From Pseudomonadota bacterium (GTDB lineage Bacteria; Pseudomonadota; Alphaproteobacteria; Caulobacterales; Hyphomonadaceae), in NCBI GenBank assembly GCA_039815905.1, contig JBCBYJ010000001.1, positions 1 through 47,449 of the forward strand: DNA of 47,449 bases, given 5' to 3'. Positions 10,267 to 19,557 of this stretch are shown here, in pieces; position 1 is the first letter of the stretch, and each line of letters begins with the position of its first letter. Under the pieces are notes generated by a model. The model saw nothing but the letters and a program-made list of their open reading frames with translations. It had not been told where the DNA came from and ran no database searches. A program made the translations under genes and the position numbers.

Positions 10267-10533
10267 TCATTCATTCTTTGATGGAGGCTTTGCCATGTTC
10301 TCTGCGATTTGGTTCGCAAACGGCTGCCCGAGAGGCGCGAGCCGGCGTACCAAAGTTGCGATCGCATAGATCAAACCAATCGCGATGATCATAGTGACCT
10401 GGCCTTGTGTGAAATTCCAGCTCGAGGCCTGCTGCGCGGTCTCAAGGACACGCGCGGCATCACCATCTAGAATTGCCGTGTACATCTCAGACAGCCGCTC
10501 AGGCTGCATTGAAAACGAATCATCCTCGGCCAT
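10267..10533 (-). CDS. Small phage membrane protein (holin/antiholin candidate)
   Basis: 88 aa from ATG 10533, one TM; distal end of lysis region. Confidence 0.55.
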   Translation of the reverse strand: MAEDDSFSMQPERLSEMYTAILDGDAARVLETAQQASSWNFTQGQVTMIIAIGLIYAIATLVRRLAPLGQPFANQIAENMAKPPSKNE

Positions 10534-10804
10534 CGACGACCCAAGCCCCAGACTTAAGAAACGCCGTAACAAGCCCCGCCAGCGTCCCGATATTGATGTC
10601 CATGTATTCCCCTGGATCGTACCCCGACCAAACCAGCGCCATCTCATAGAATGCGAAGCATCCAGAGACAACAAGTACCGACGCCGTCATTGCCGCCACG
10701 GTCGCCCCGAATGGGGCCCGCGCATTGCGAACCCCGACAAAGGCGATCACAGCAAAAACGAAGAGCACGGCGGTCCAGCCAGTGAAGACCCAAATATCAA
10801 ACAT
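10520..10804 (-). CDS. Small multi-TM phage membrane protein (holin candidate)
   Basis: 94 aa from ATG 10804, 2-3 hydrophobic helices; overlaps both neighbours. Confidence 0.6.
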   Translation of the reverse strand: MFDIWVFTGWTAVLFVFAVIAFVGVRNARAPFGATVAAMTASVLVVSGCFAFYEMALVWSGYDPGEYMDINIGTLAGLVTAFLKSGAWVVDGRG

Positions 10805-11825
10805 TAGACTGATCCTTTTGCTGGGGAACGGTGCGCAGTTTCGACCAGGTGGCAAGGCCAGCAAAGATCACCATCAAGATATCTAGGAAGGCGAGCATGC
10901 CCGCAGCGACAAAGAACTGGCCCGTGCCATCCGCCCAATTTTCAGCGAGCGCAAAAGTTGACGATTGTTTTGGCTTCGAAGCGCGAAGCTGCTCGATTTT
11001 TTTTTGCGCGTCGACAATCTGCTGTTCTTTGTCCTCGTAAGCAACACGGGCCCGCAGCTGACCCTCCAGTGCCAAAATGTCCGGGCAGTAGCGCTGCACA
11101 TAAAAGCTGTCCCCGAGGCAATACTCCTCAGTCCCAAGCCCAATGTGATCACCAACGGGATCGCCAGTGAGGTTACCCGGCTGATTTCGCGCCGGCCGCG
11201 AGAGCATACGCTTCAAATCATCGCCGAGGTCTTCACTCGAGGTGACAGTGAAGCTCTCGAGAAAACGCATGTCATCGAGCTCGTTTCGATATTGTCGAAT
11301 ATTGGATTCAATCGTCGTGATCTGCGAATTGATCTCGAAGGTCCCGCTTCCGCGATCATCCTCGATGGCCGCTTGGTAAGACGCGCCCGTGAGCACGACA
11401 AATGAGATCCCAACGACGATCACGATCGCCCACCAAACATAACCAGTCTGATCATGATCGATGATCGCCCTGGCAAGGCGTGAGGCTGCGAGCTTGATGC
11501 CAATCACGATCGCCGCACCAATGAGACCAAACCCGAAGCTTAGCGCATCATTGTCAGGAAAGAGCCGCGAGAAAGAGGTGTAGGCAAAATAGATCGCGAT
11601 CGCCGCTATGACCCAGGCGATCGCGCCAAAAAGCATTGGCCCACCCTCATCTGCGATGTTGGACACCGCATCTGCAAGCCGGCGGATCTTTGCGACAATT
11701 GTCTTCTCGCGCTTCAAAACATCTGCGCGCAAGAGCGCGGCCGTCTCACTTGCGGCCGCCGAGCTCCCGGCTTTCACGCGGATCTCATTCTCAGCCGTGA
11801 TTTCGATATCACCTATTCTGCTCAT
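10797..11825 (-). CDS. Phage membrane protein, 3 TM + coiled coil + C-terminal TM
   Basis: Hydrophobic helices, heptad regions, Cys pair (YC...YC); coupled to spanin genes. Confidence 0.75.
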   Translation of the reverse strand: MSRIGDIEITAENEIRVKAGSSAAASETAALLRADVLKREKTIVAKIRRLADAVSNIADEGGPMLFGAIAWVIAAIAIYFAYTSFSRLFPDNDALSFGFGLIGAAIVIGIKLAASRLARAIIDHDQTGYVWWAIVIVVGISFVVLTGASYQAAIEDDRGSGTFEINSQITTIESNIRQYRNELDDMRFLESFTVTSSEDLGDDLKRMLSRPARNQPGNLTGDPVGDHIGLGTEEYCLGDSFYVQRYCPDILALEGQLRARVAYEDKEQQIVDAQKKIEQLRASKPKQSSTFALAENWADGTGQFFVAAGMLAFLDILMVIFAGLATWSKLRTVPQQKDQSNV

Positions 11826-12184
11826 CGTGCTATGGCCCCCTGTGCCGCTAACTCGTTTTCAACCCAGGCCTCGAAGAGGTTGATCCGCTCAGCTTTTTTG
11901 GCGTCAACTTGTCGACAGGTTTCGAGGAGCTCGACCCAGTCGCGGTTGAGCATGTCAAGAGACGGGCTCGGGCAAGGCGGGATTTCTTCGAGGACGTATA
12001 CTTCGCCATCGGCTTCAACCTCCGTCCCAGTCACTGGCGGGTTCGGATCCGCGAACGCCAACACCGTTATCAGAGTCGGCGCCGGCGGCGGCAGCTGTAA
12101 TATCGGCGCAGCCGGGGATGTCTCGCACGCCGCGATAAACCCCGCAGACAAACTCATTAGGAACGCGCTGGTTCGCCCAGTCAT
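11822..12184 (-). CDS. Outer-membrane spanin (Rz1-like lipoprotein)
   Basis: Lipobox-like FIAA-C, Pro-rich segment, overlaps 3' end of Rz-like gene in another frame. Confidence 0.7.
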   Translation of the reverse strand: MTGRTSAFLMSLSAGFIAACETSPAAPILQLPPPAPTLITVLAFADPNPPVTGTEVEADGEVYVLEEIPPCPSPSLDMLNRDWVELLETCRQVDAKKAERINLFEAWVENELAAQGAIAR

Positions 12185-12548
12185 GCCTCATCCTTTCAAG
12201 ATTGTTGAGGACCTCCGCCGTTTCAGCTTCGGCCGCACGGCGCTGGGCGATGGCTCGGCTGAGCTCAACCCGGTTTTGAGAGCGCGCGCGGTCACCCGCC
12301 TGCAGAGCAGCCTCCGCCGTCTCGAGCGCCTCGCGGGCCCGCTGGCGCTCATATCCAATTTCGGCAAATTTCTCGATCTTCTCGTTGATGACCAGGGCGA
12401 TATAATTGTCCGAGATCCGCTCTAAATCTGAGAGTGCATTTCCCTGCCCGATGGTTTTACCATGCGTGTAAGCAAAGGCGCTGGCGCTTGCGATCGCAGC
12501 GGCCGCGCCGAGCGCAGCAACGATACCAAGCCTAGACGAGAGCAGCAT
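12015..12548 (-). CDS. Inner-membrane spanin (Rz-like)
   Basis: GGAGG then ATG 12548; N-terminal TM, long coiled coil, C-terminal Cys residues; follows endolysin. Confidence 0.72.
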   Translation of the reverse strand: MLLSSRLGIVAALGAAAAIASASAFAYTHGKTIGQGNALSDLERISDNYIALVINEKIEKFAEIGYERQRAREALETAEAALQAGDRARSQNRVELSRAIAQRRAAEAETAEVLNNLERMRHDWANQRVPNEFVCGVYRGVRDIPGCADITAAAAGADSDNGVGVRGSEPASDWDGG

Positions 12549-13173
12549 CGGAAGCCTCCAGCGCAGCGGTCCATTTGATGTGATAATTGTTCCGCTCATA
12601 AGCCGGGCCGTTGTAATGATAGGCAACTTGCCGAGCGTTCTCACGCTTGAGCGCCTCATGTAGCGCCGGGCTGCTTTGAACAAATCGAATGAAGGCCGTC
12701 GTTTGACCCTCAGCCGTCTTCATCGCGTCTAGAAATGCACCTGGATTCTCAAAACCGCAGCGATAAGCATTGAACCCCATGATCTGATAAGCGCCAAACG
12801 AATGTGCCTTGATTGCAGGCCCCGATTGCAACGCGAGCATCTCCAAGAACCGCTCCCAGCGAGTCAGCAAGTCGCGCGCATTCTTAAGCCCATCAAACCG
12901 CATCGCCGTTTTGGTGGCCTGGCGAAAGTCGCGCCATTTGCGCTTTTCAAATCTTACAATTGGAACGCCATCAATTAAGGGCCGATCGCGGCTTTCAACA
13001 ATTGGGATGGCGCGCACAGCCCGCATACGGACGCTCAAAGCATCAGCAGCGCGCTCGTGCTGCACGCGCGGCATCAGCTCGCTCGTATCCTCCCAGGGCA
13101 CATCATTGTAAATGCGCCGGCGCGAGATCTCGCCGCCGGAACGCAAGGACTTCAGGAGCTCACGCGCGTTCAT
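12532..13173 (-). CDS. Endolysin, N-acetylmuramidase (DUF3380-type)
   Basis: IVES, IVRFEKRKW, SFGAYQIMGFN, YNGPAY motifs. Confidence 0.88.
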   Translation of the reverse strand: MNARELLKSLRSGGEISRRRIYNDVPWEDTSELMPRVQHERAADALSVRMRAVRAIPIVESRDRPLIDGVPIVRFEKRKWRDFRQATKTAMRFDGLKNARDLLTRWERFLEMLALQSGPAIKAHSFGAYQIMGFNAYRCGFENPGAFLDAMKTAEGQTTAFIRFVQSSPALHEALKRENARQVAYHYNGPAYERNNYHIKWTAALEASDAALV

Positions 13174-13606
13174 TCAGCACCTTTTGCAAGAAGGTTTCGA
13201 TATCGCCGGCACGAAGATCTGCGATGACCAATCCAGATTCGAGCGCAACGCTAACTGCGCCCACATTTGGCGCGATCAGATAGGCGATCATCAGCTTGCT
13301 GAGATCCTGATGCGTGATCGGATAATCGGTGCCAAGCCAGGAAATGATGGCCACTGGCGGACGCGCCTGTCTCAGCTCGCGCTTCAGCTCAGCGAGCGCG
13401 TCTGCCTGGCGCTGAAGGCCGACCCGCAGCGCCTCCTGCACAAGCTTCGCGAACTCTTCAAATTGAGCGCGCAGCTTTTCAGTACTTTGAGTGATTTGCG
13501 GGCCCTCCCCGCGCATCGCGCGCACACCATCTTCAACTGCGTCGAGCCGGCGGTCCCTCAGCGCGGGATCTGCGATGATGGCCTTAGTAGCCTTTGCTTG
13601 CTCCAT
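13160..13606 (-). CDS. Hypothetical phage protein (possible tail fibre accessory/chaperone)
   Basis: 148-aa ORF between tail genes and endolysin; coiled-coil N-terminal half. Confidence 0.6.
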   Translation of the reverse strand: MEQAKATKAIIADPALRDRRLDAVEDGVRAMRGEGPQITQSTEKLRAQFEEFAKLVQEALRVGLQRQADALAELKRELRQARPPVAIISWLGTDYPITHQDLSKLMIAYLIAPNVGAVSVALESGLVIADLRAGDIETFLQKVLNERA

Positions 13607-13619
13607 CAGTTCAGCCCAA

Positions 13620-14399
13620 TCATGTTAAAACGATGCCATAAGTCGCAGCGGCCGCCTCAATGAGACGGTGCGCCCGCGATCGCCCAGCTGCGCTCGCATA
13701 GAGCGCTTCGCCAGCGAAGAACCCGCCGGCAAATTTCGCATCTGATCCGTCTGCGCCGGTCGCCCCGCCGCATCCAAAATTGATGCGGTTCAAATTTGTG
13801 AGTGTCGGAAAGTTGCTCGCCCCGCCGCTCGCAACGATCGGGGTGGTGCTATTGATGTAGAGAGCAACCTCATAATTGACGTTGTCGATCGACACGATGA
13901 GCACGTTTGGATCTTCAAAATTAAGCGCCGATTTCGATGTAGTCGCCCGAGTCGGACTCACAAGATCACTGTTTGCGCGCAGTTCCGTCGAGGTGAGATC
14001 GCAGCGGATCCCATAGGGAACCGTCCCGAGCCCCAGAAAAATGCCAGTGACGTCTTTCGGCGCGAACACACAGCCCATTGTGTAGCTAGATGGCAGGACC
14101 GTATCGCCAGCCTGGATCTGAACACTTGCGCCCGCTCCGGTCTCAACATCGACCGATGTGTGCCCAAACTCCACATCATCTGCGACGATTGATGCCCCGC
14201 CATTCAGCAACGTCGCATTGCCGACGACCCGGTCGATCGGAGCAGCGCCGCCGACACTCGAAAATCCCGTCCATGCGTGAAGCAGAATACTGGGGTTTGC
14301 AGCAAGAGAGGCGACCGCTTGATCCCAGGCAGATTTTGGGACTTTACGACCTGAAACACCTGAGACCTCAGATGTGATCGTGATCGGAACGATAGACAT
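13620..14399 (-). CDS. Beta-sandwich (lectin/ConA-like) tail-associated protein
   Basis: Beta-rich composition (YTMGCVF, VLIVSID, VALYIN); directly downstream of tail fibre. Confidence 0.6.
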   Translation of the reverse strand: MSIVPITITSEVSGVSGRKVPKSAWDQAVASLAANPSILLHAWTGFSSVGGAAPIDRVVGNATLLNGGASIVADDVEFGHTSVDVETGAGASVQIQAGDTVLPSSYTMGCVFAPKDVTGIFLGLGTVPYGIRCDLTSTELRANSDLVSPTRATTSKSALNFEDPNVLIVSIDNVNYEVALYINSTTPIVASGGASNFPTLTNLNRINFGCGGATGADGSDAKFAGGFFAGEALYASAAGRSRAHRLIEAAAATYGIVLT

Positions 14400-14408
14400 A
14401 AAACCCCC

Positions 14409-17033
14409 TTAACTGACCGTGATGCGCTGATGCTGAGCCCATTTGTAGCGCGCTGAAGAATCCGCCCCGACAGCGTTCGAGCTGTCGCGCAGTTGGCCGC
14501 GAGGGCCAGTTGTGCCGCCGCCAGCGCCATTGCCACTGGCTGTCGTGTTGCCGGCATAAGTGATAGTTTGGTCGGTGCCGTCCGGGGTTCCCGAAAGCGT
14601 CACAACCACGGTGCTTCCTGAGATGGCGACACTTGAAATCGACGGCAGGGTCCCGCCAGTTTGGCTAAACACAAATCCCCGATCACCAGGGTCATCAACG
14701 CTGCTGTCAAAGACGAGGGCGCCTTCGGCCCCAGCATAGGTCAGCGTGATGACATTGCCCGATCGCGCGGCCGACGAAATGTAAAGCATTGGATGGGTGA
14801 CCGAGTCCGCTATGCGCCGACCTATTGCACGGCCGAGAATCTCGCCAGCCGCGCGCTTGCCATCAGCGTCCGAGTGGATCCCGTCAAGGTGGGTGTAGAT
14901 GTAGTTGACCCCCGAGCACAAAAACCGCGCGGGCTCTGAGACCGCTCTGTCGAGCTGCACAAAAACAGGGTTGCCAGCGATCGACGTGTTGTTGAGCGTC
15001 CAAGCACTGATCTGATGCGCTGCTAGCAGGACTTCCTCTGTTTGTCCTGTAATTGCCTTTAAATCAGCGTCGAAGTCCGATTGCAGCTGAACGTAATGCC
15101 CATCATACGTCGCATAGACATCCCCGCCATTGCTCTCGCCCTGAAACCACGCAACGGCCGGGACGATGAGATCAAGACCGGCAAGATCGCAAATCACTTT
15201 CAGGCGCCGCGCTGCCATCAATATTGATTGATAGCCGAACGTTCCTTTGTTCAGTCCAAGCCCGGGCGCGCCAGCGATGGCGTTTCCGCCAATCGCAAAA
15301 CTGCCCGTGACCACCGCAGCCGTGGACGCAAGCTCAGCCGCTAAGGCCCAGCCTAAGCCGCAGCAAGGACTTTCACCGACAAGCTGTCCAGGACCATGCA
15401 GCTCGCTCGCATCGATCAAATGAGAAAGCTCGGAAAGGCTGAAGGTTTCTTCGGTCTGGTAGACGCGCGCAAGGCTGACCCCGTGCGAAAAAGACAAAGA
15501 CCGGCCGGGCGCATCGGGGGCGGCTGTGACGACGCGCGTTCTTGAGCCGAACGCGCCGCCATTTGATTGCCCATAAACTGGCACAAAGTAGACTGTCGTT
15601 ACGCCAGCAGCGAGGGCCGCGCTCGCATCCCAAAGGCCTTGGTCGACGACATACTCGTCGCCCTCATCGTAAAATGATACGCTGTCGCCATTTTGCACTA
15701 GCCGCGAGACATCACTGATCGCCGGTGAAAGTAGAATGTCGCTGCCGTCGCGCATGAGGGCTCGCGCAGCGCGCGAGCCCTCACTCCCGGTCAAATAGGC
15801 AAGACCCGAGGGCGCTTCTTGGCGCAAACCCGAAACAAGCCCGCTGCGCTTTAAAACGCCGAACAATAAAACGCCTTCGCCGGAAACAGTACCGGCCGCA
15901 ACTTCAGCATCGATCGTTTCACCAGTAGCGCTCTGAATTTCATCTTGAAATTCCTCGGAGCTTCTGACCGTGCCGTCCGCGAGTATTACTCTGATCGGGA
16001 CGCCCGCACTATCAAGAACAGCGTGCACGGAGCCGGAGAGACCTGCGTCTCCTGGCAGAGCAATACCCTGAGCAGATGTCACATTTTGAAGGCCCAGAAC
16101 TTCGATCTCGGTTGCGGCATTTTCTGATTGAACCGAGCTAAGACTTGCCTCTGCCCCAGTGAGCCGATCATTGAGATCTGACGCATCTTTGGTCCAGGCC
16201 GAGCCGCCGGTCGGCCAACCATACAGCCCGTTGTTTGCTGAGGCCGAGCCATCGCCGTTGTCATCAAGCACGTAAGCAAGGGCCGGCGGCGTCGGGGTGA
16301 CAGCGTCCATCGCTGACTTGGTCTGATAGACCACGGTGCCGGATGGGAGCGCTGCAATCAAAGACTGTATTGCCGTCAAGCTGACGCCGGCATCTGCAGC
16401 ACTGCTGGCAGCGTTCTGGGCCTGCAGACCAGAGGCCGATTCGGCGGCCTGCGCGCCATTGCGCGCAACCTCCGCTGACGTTTTTGCAGTTTCAGCGCCG
16501 AGCTTTGCGGTCTCAGCAGCCTGCTGCGCCGCAATGAGTTCAGCTGAACCGGTCTCGCTGCCAGGAGACCAAACTATCGCGCCGTCAACGATGGCAAGAT
16601 AGCCTTTTGTCACGCCCACAAGCGTCGCGAGCTCGGGCGCCGCCTCTCCGATCGGCAGGCGCAGCGCGCGTGACTGACCGCGCGCGAGCTCCTGAACGCG
16701 CTTCATGACATTGACGAACTCTTGATTGAGCTTCGATGCCGGGATGCCGGTGCTCTGCCCAAACTGCGTCACCGGAAGATTGGCGCCGTCTCCATAGACA
16801 ATGACGCTCTCACCGCCGACCAGCGCGGCATCGAGCACAAGCGCGCCATTATCAGCTGGTCCTGCCGGGCTCATTGTAAAGGTCGGCGCGGTCACTATGC
16901 CATTTGCGTCGGTGACCTGGACGGCCATTTCGCTTGCCGAGGCATAGGCAAACGGCACACTGAAACTGGTCTGCCCCGCTGTCGCAGTGTAAGAGCGCAA
17001 GCGCGCATCGTCAGTAAGGATTGTATCAGCCAT
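14409..17033 (-). CDS. Tail fibre/tailspike with T7-like N-terminal anchor and SGNH esterase domain
   Basis: YTATAGQTSFSVPF anchor; Ala-rich coiled coil; SGNH blocks YGQSN, WFQGESN, DGIH. Confidence 0.85.
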   Translation of the reverse strand: MADTILTDDARLRSYTATAGQTSFSVPFAYASASEMAVQVTDANGIVTAPTFTMSPAGPADNGALVLDAALVGGESVIVYGDGANLPVTQFGQSTGIPASKLNQEFVNVMKRVQELARGQSRALRLPIGEAAPELATLVGVTKGYLAIVDGAIVWSPGSETGSAELIAAQQAAETAKLGAETAKTSAEVARNGAQAAESASGLQAQNAASSAADAGVSLTAIQSLIAALPSGTVVYQTKSAMDAVTPTPPALAYVLDDNGDGSASANNGLYGWPTGGSAWTKDASDLNDRLTGAEASLSSVQSENAATEIEVLGLQNVTSAQGIALPGDAGLSGSVHAVLDSAGVPIRVILADGTVRSSEEFQDEIQSATGETIDAEVAAGTVSGEGVLLFGVLKRSGLVSGLRQEAPSGLAYLTGSEGSRAARALMRDGSDILLSPAISDVSRLVQNGDSVSFYDEGDEYVVDQGLWDASAALAAGVTTVYFVPVYGQSNGGAFGSRTRVVTAAPDAPGRSLSFSHGVSLARVYQTEETFSLSELSHLIDASELHGPGQLVGESPCCGLGWALAAELASTAAVVTGSFAIGGNAIAGAPGLGLNKGTFGYQSILMAARRLKVICDLAGLDLIVPAVAWFQGESNGGDVYATYDGHYVQLQSDFDADLKAITGQTEEVLLAAHQISAWTLNNTSIAGNPVFVQLDRAVSEPARFLCSGVNYIYTHLDGIHSDADGKRAAGEILGRAIGRRIADSVTHPMLYISSAARSGNVITLTYAGAEGALVFDSSVDDPGDRGFVFSQTGGTLPSISSVAISGSTVVVTLSGTPDGTDQTITYAGNTTASGNGAGGGTTGPRGQLRDSSNAVGADSSARYKWAQHQRITVS

Positions 17034-17042
17034 GGCGCGCGC

Positions 17043-17070
17043 ATCTTAAGCCCGCAACCCAAGTGTCAAA
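17043..17070 (-). promoter_or_regulatory. Candidate late promoter for tail fibre/lysis genes
   Basis: TTGACA (17069-17064), 15 bp, TAAGAT (17048-17043), 9 nt before the ATG. Confidence 0.5.
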
Positions 17071-17073
17071 CGA

Positions 17074-19557
17074 TTAGCGAGAGCCGCCAGCGGCCGCTTC
17101 AAAATCAGGCCCGCGCTCTGGCTCACTGTCACCAGGTGCCCACCAAAATTCTTGATTGAAATTGCGCCGATAATACTGGGCTTTGCGCCGAAACGCGGCC
17201 TCAGCTTCTGGATCGGTGATCTTCTGCAGCGAGTCTTCAAACACCCGCTCCCAGGCGAGCCGCAAATACCAGATGTTTCCACCTGGTGTGTAGCGCTGTC
17301 CGAAATCGCGCAAATCGTCCAGGAAGTTCACCTCATCGCCCTCGGCCGCCTTCATAACGTTGCCGATCGTCATTTTGATGAACCGATCGGCGCCCTCGGC
17401 GACAGGCCCGCCAGCGGTCAAAGGGAGTGTTCGTCCGAAGCGGTTGACGTCGGCAAACAAAAAGTCGCCCCAAATGCCCATGCCACCGCCCTGCAGCATG
17501 GCCGCGCCGGCGAAGTTTGGCGTTGTCATGTCGCGAGGATCCCGGCCGGCTGCGAGCTGCTTGACCTGGATAGCGAGCGCGCCGCCAAGCGACAGCGTGA
17601 CAAAAAGCGCCGTCGCATAAGCCGCGCCGCGCGCCGTGTCGCTGCTTCGGATCATCTGCGCAATCCGGTAACCCCAAAGCATCGGCACAGTCGCGCCGAA
17701 GGACATGAACATCGCAGATGAACGACGAAGCTCGCCCCACGCCGTTCCGGCCCTGCTATCGCCGATGAGCAACGATCTAGACCGAAGCGATCCAGACGGC
17801 ACTGCGTATTCGCTTTCTTGATTCAAAAATTCGAGCAATTTGTCGCCAACGCTTGGCTCGAGCGCGAGCGGGTTGACTGCGCCATCATCTTTTTCGCTTG
17901 CGCGAATGACGTCCCAATCGGCCTCGGTAAAACCATATCGGCGAAGGGTGCGCTGCAAAGGCGCATCGAGCCCATCAAATTTCTTTTTTGAGGCCGCGCC
18001 GAGATCAAAGAGCGCGCCCATCATAAACCCCTGGCGGCCGGCCCGCGTCCAAGGCGAGAGCGCGGAAGCCTCTAAGACGGTGCTGGCGAGATGATTGGAC
18101 CAGGCCGAGCCTGAGAACGTCTCAGCATAGCGTGCTTGCTGCCCGAACGTGTTGAGCGCGGTCTCCATCACTAGGCCAAATCGCACGGCATCTCGGCGCG
18201 ACTTAGACGAAAAACGCTTGACCATTTCCCGAAGTGCGCGGCCCTGGCTGGATCCGGCAAAAAACCGCGCCATGCCTTGAAACATCGGATCGGTTGGAAT
18301 CGCCGAAAGCGCCGCTGACCCGAGCGTCGATGAGGTGATCACGTTCCGGACGTTTGCCATGGCGTTTGCAAACTGCTCATTGGCCGGAACATTATGCTCG
18401 CCCATATAATGAACCCACATACTGCGCGCGCGGCCGATCTTTTTCTGCACATGGTCCATCGCATGTTGCGACTTAACCGACGCCGGCAACAATGCCGGCT
18501 GATCGAGTGTTCGCTTTCCCGCCTCCGAGAGCGCAATCTCCTCGATCCAATTTAGCGTGGCGCGCGGATTGGGCCCAAGCACTTCAAGCTGAGCAATGTC
18601 CCGCGCCATCATGGAGATGTGGCCCATCATGGCGACAAAGGGATCTCCGCCGCCAAAGTCGCGCTGATAGGCCTCCCAGGTCGACGCGTCTTTGAAGACC
18701 AAAAACCGCTCTTCAAGCCGCTGATTGGCGAGCGATCCGCGCCCAAATGGCCGCCGTTTCGGAACGCGGTTCGCCCAGCCATCCGTCAGAATATTGTCAA
18801 GCACGATCTCCAGCGACTCGCGGAGCTCTGCGTCGCTGATCGGCTCGCCATCACGCCCGCGCATGCGGCTCGCATCGACATCGCGGTAGAGCCGGTCGAG
18901 ATAGGCTTGGCGCCCATGCTTGCCGATGAAAGCACGCACCGCGCGCGCATCATGCATTTGCGGCAGCCCCCAGTTTTCAAGCTTCTTGATGTCGCCGCCG
19001 GCCCTGTTGAAACGCTGGCGCAGATCCTCGGCCGTTTGCGTCCAGGCCTTGGCAAGCCGTTTCGCAGCCGAATCCTTGGTGTCCTCGCCAAAGGCCTCTT
19101 TGATCAGATTGGAGAGCTTCGCCGGGCGCTCACCCCAGCTTCTACGAAACGAGGCGCCTTGGCGGAACTCCCAAAGCACCGACTCCATCATGCCATGGGC
19201 CCGGCCGATGATCGCTTTGCGCCGGCCCTCGACACTGCTTGCAAGGTTTTGCCCTTGGCCGAGAAACTCGATTTTGGCTTGCAAATATTCTGCGACATTG
19301 TTGCGGCCGGAGCCATCCAAAAAACCTTGGATCTCTTCTGAAATCTCGCGCGCCTTCAGCGCGTTCAGCCGGTCTAACTTCGCCTGGCGATCGCGATTGT
19401 TACGGAGCATTTCAACCGTATCTTTGGCGGCCGCGCCATTGTCGCCGCCATGCTTTTCGCGGGCCCGCAGAAAAGTCTTGCGGATCTCATCGCCTTCGGC
19501 CTGGTTGATTGTGCCTTCCTCGATCGCGTTTTGGATACACTCTAGAAAATTGCTCAT
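17074..19557 (-). CDS. Internal virion (ejection) protein
   Basis: 827 aa; WGLPQMHD and QGGGMGIWGDFLF motifs typical of podoviral internal proteins; position. Confidence 0.78.
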   Translation of the reverse strand: MSNFLECIQNAIEEGTINQAEGDEIRKTFLRAREKHGGDNGAAAKDTVEMLRNNRDRQAKLDRLNALKAREISEEIQGFLDGSGRNNVAEYLQAKIEFLGQGQNLASSVEGRRKAIIGRAHGMMESVLWEFRQGASFRRSWGERPAKLSNLIKEAFGEDTKDSAAKRLAKAWTQTAEDLRQRFNRAGGDIKKLENWGLPQMHDARAVRAFIGKHGRQAYLDRLYRDVDASRMRGRDGEPISDAELRESLEIVLDNILTDGWANRVPKRRPFGRGSLANQRLEERFLVFKDASTWEAYQRDFGGGDPFVAMMGHISMMARDIAQLEVLGPNPRATLNWIEEIALSEAGKRTLDQPALLPASVKSQHAMDHVQKKIGRARSMWVHYMGEHNVPANEQFANAMANVRNVITSSTLGSAALSAIPTDPMFQGMARFFAGSSQGRALREMVKRFSSKSRRDAVRFGLVMETALNTFGQQARYAETFSGSAWSNHLASTVLEASALSPWTRAGRQGFMMGALFDLGAASKKKFDGLDAPLQRTLRRYGFTEADWDVIRASEKDDGAVNPLALEPSVGDKLLEFLNQESEYAVPSGSLRSRSLLIGDSRAGTAWGELRRSSAMFMSFGATVPMLWGYRIAQMIRSSDTARGAAYATALFVTLSLGGALAIQVKQLAAGRDPRDMTTPNFAGAAMLQGGGMGIWGDFLFADVNRFGRTLPLTAGGPVAEGADRFIKMTIGNVMKAAEGDEVNFLDDLRDFGQRYTPGGNIWYLRLAWERVFEDSLQKITDPEAEAAFRRKAQYYRRNFNQEFWWAPGDSEPERGPDFEAAAGGSR

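Noticed and set aside
14409-17033. Diversity-generating retroelement targeting the tail fibre, as in BPP-1-like phages
   Set aside because: No reverse transcriptase gene and no template/variable repeat pair seen in the window
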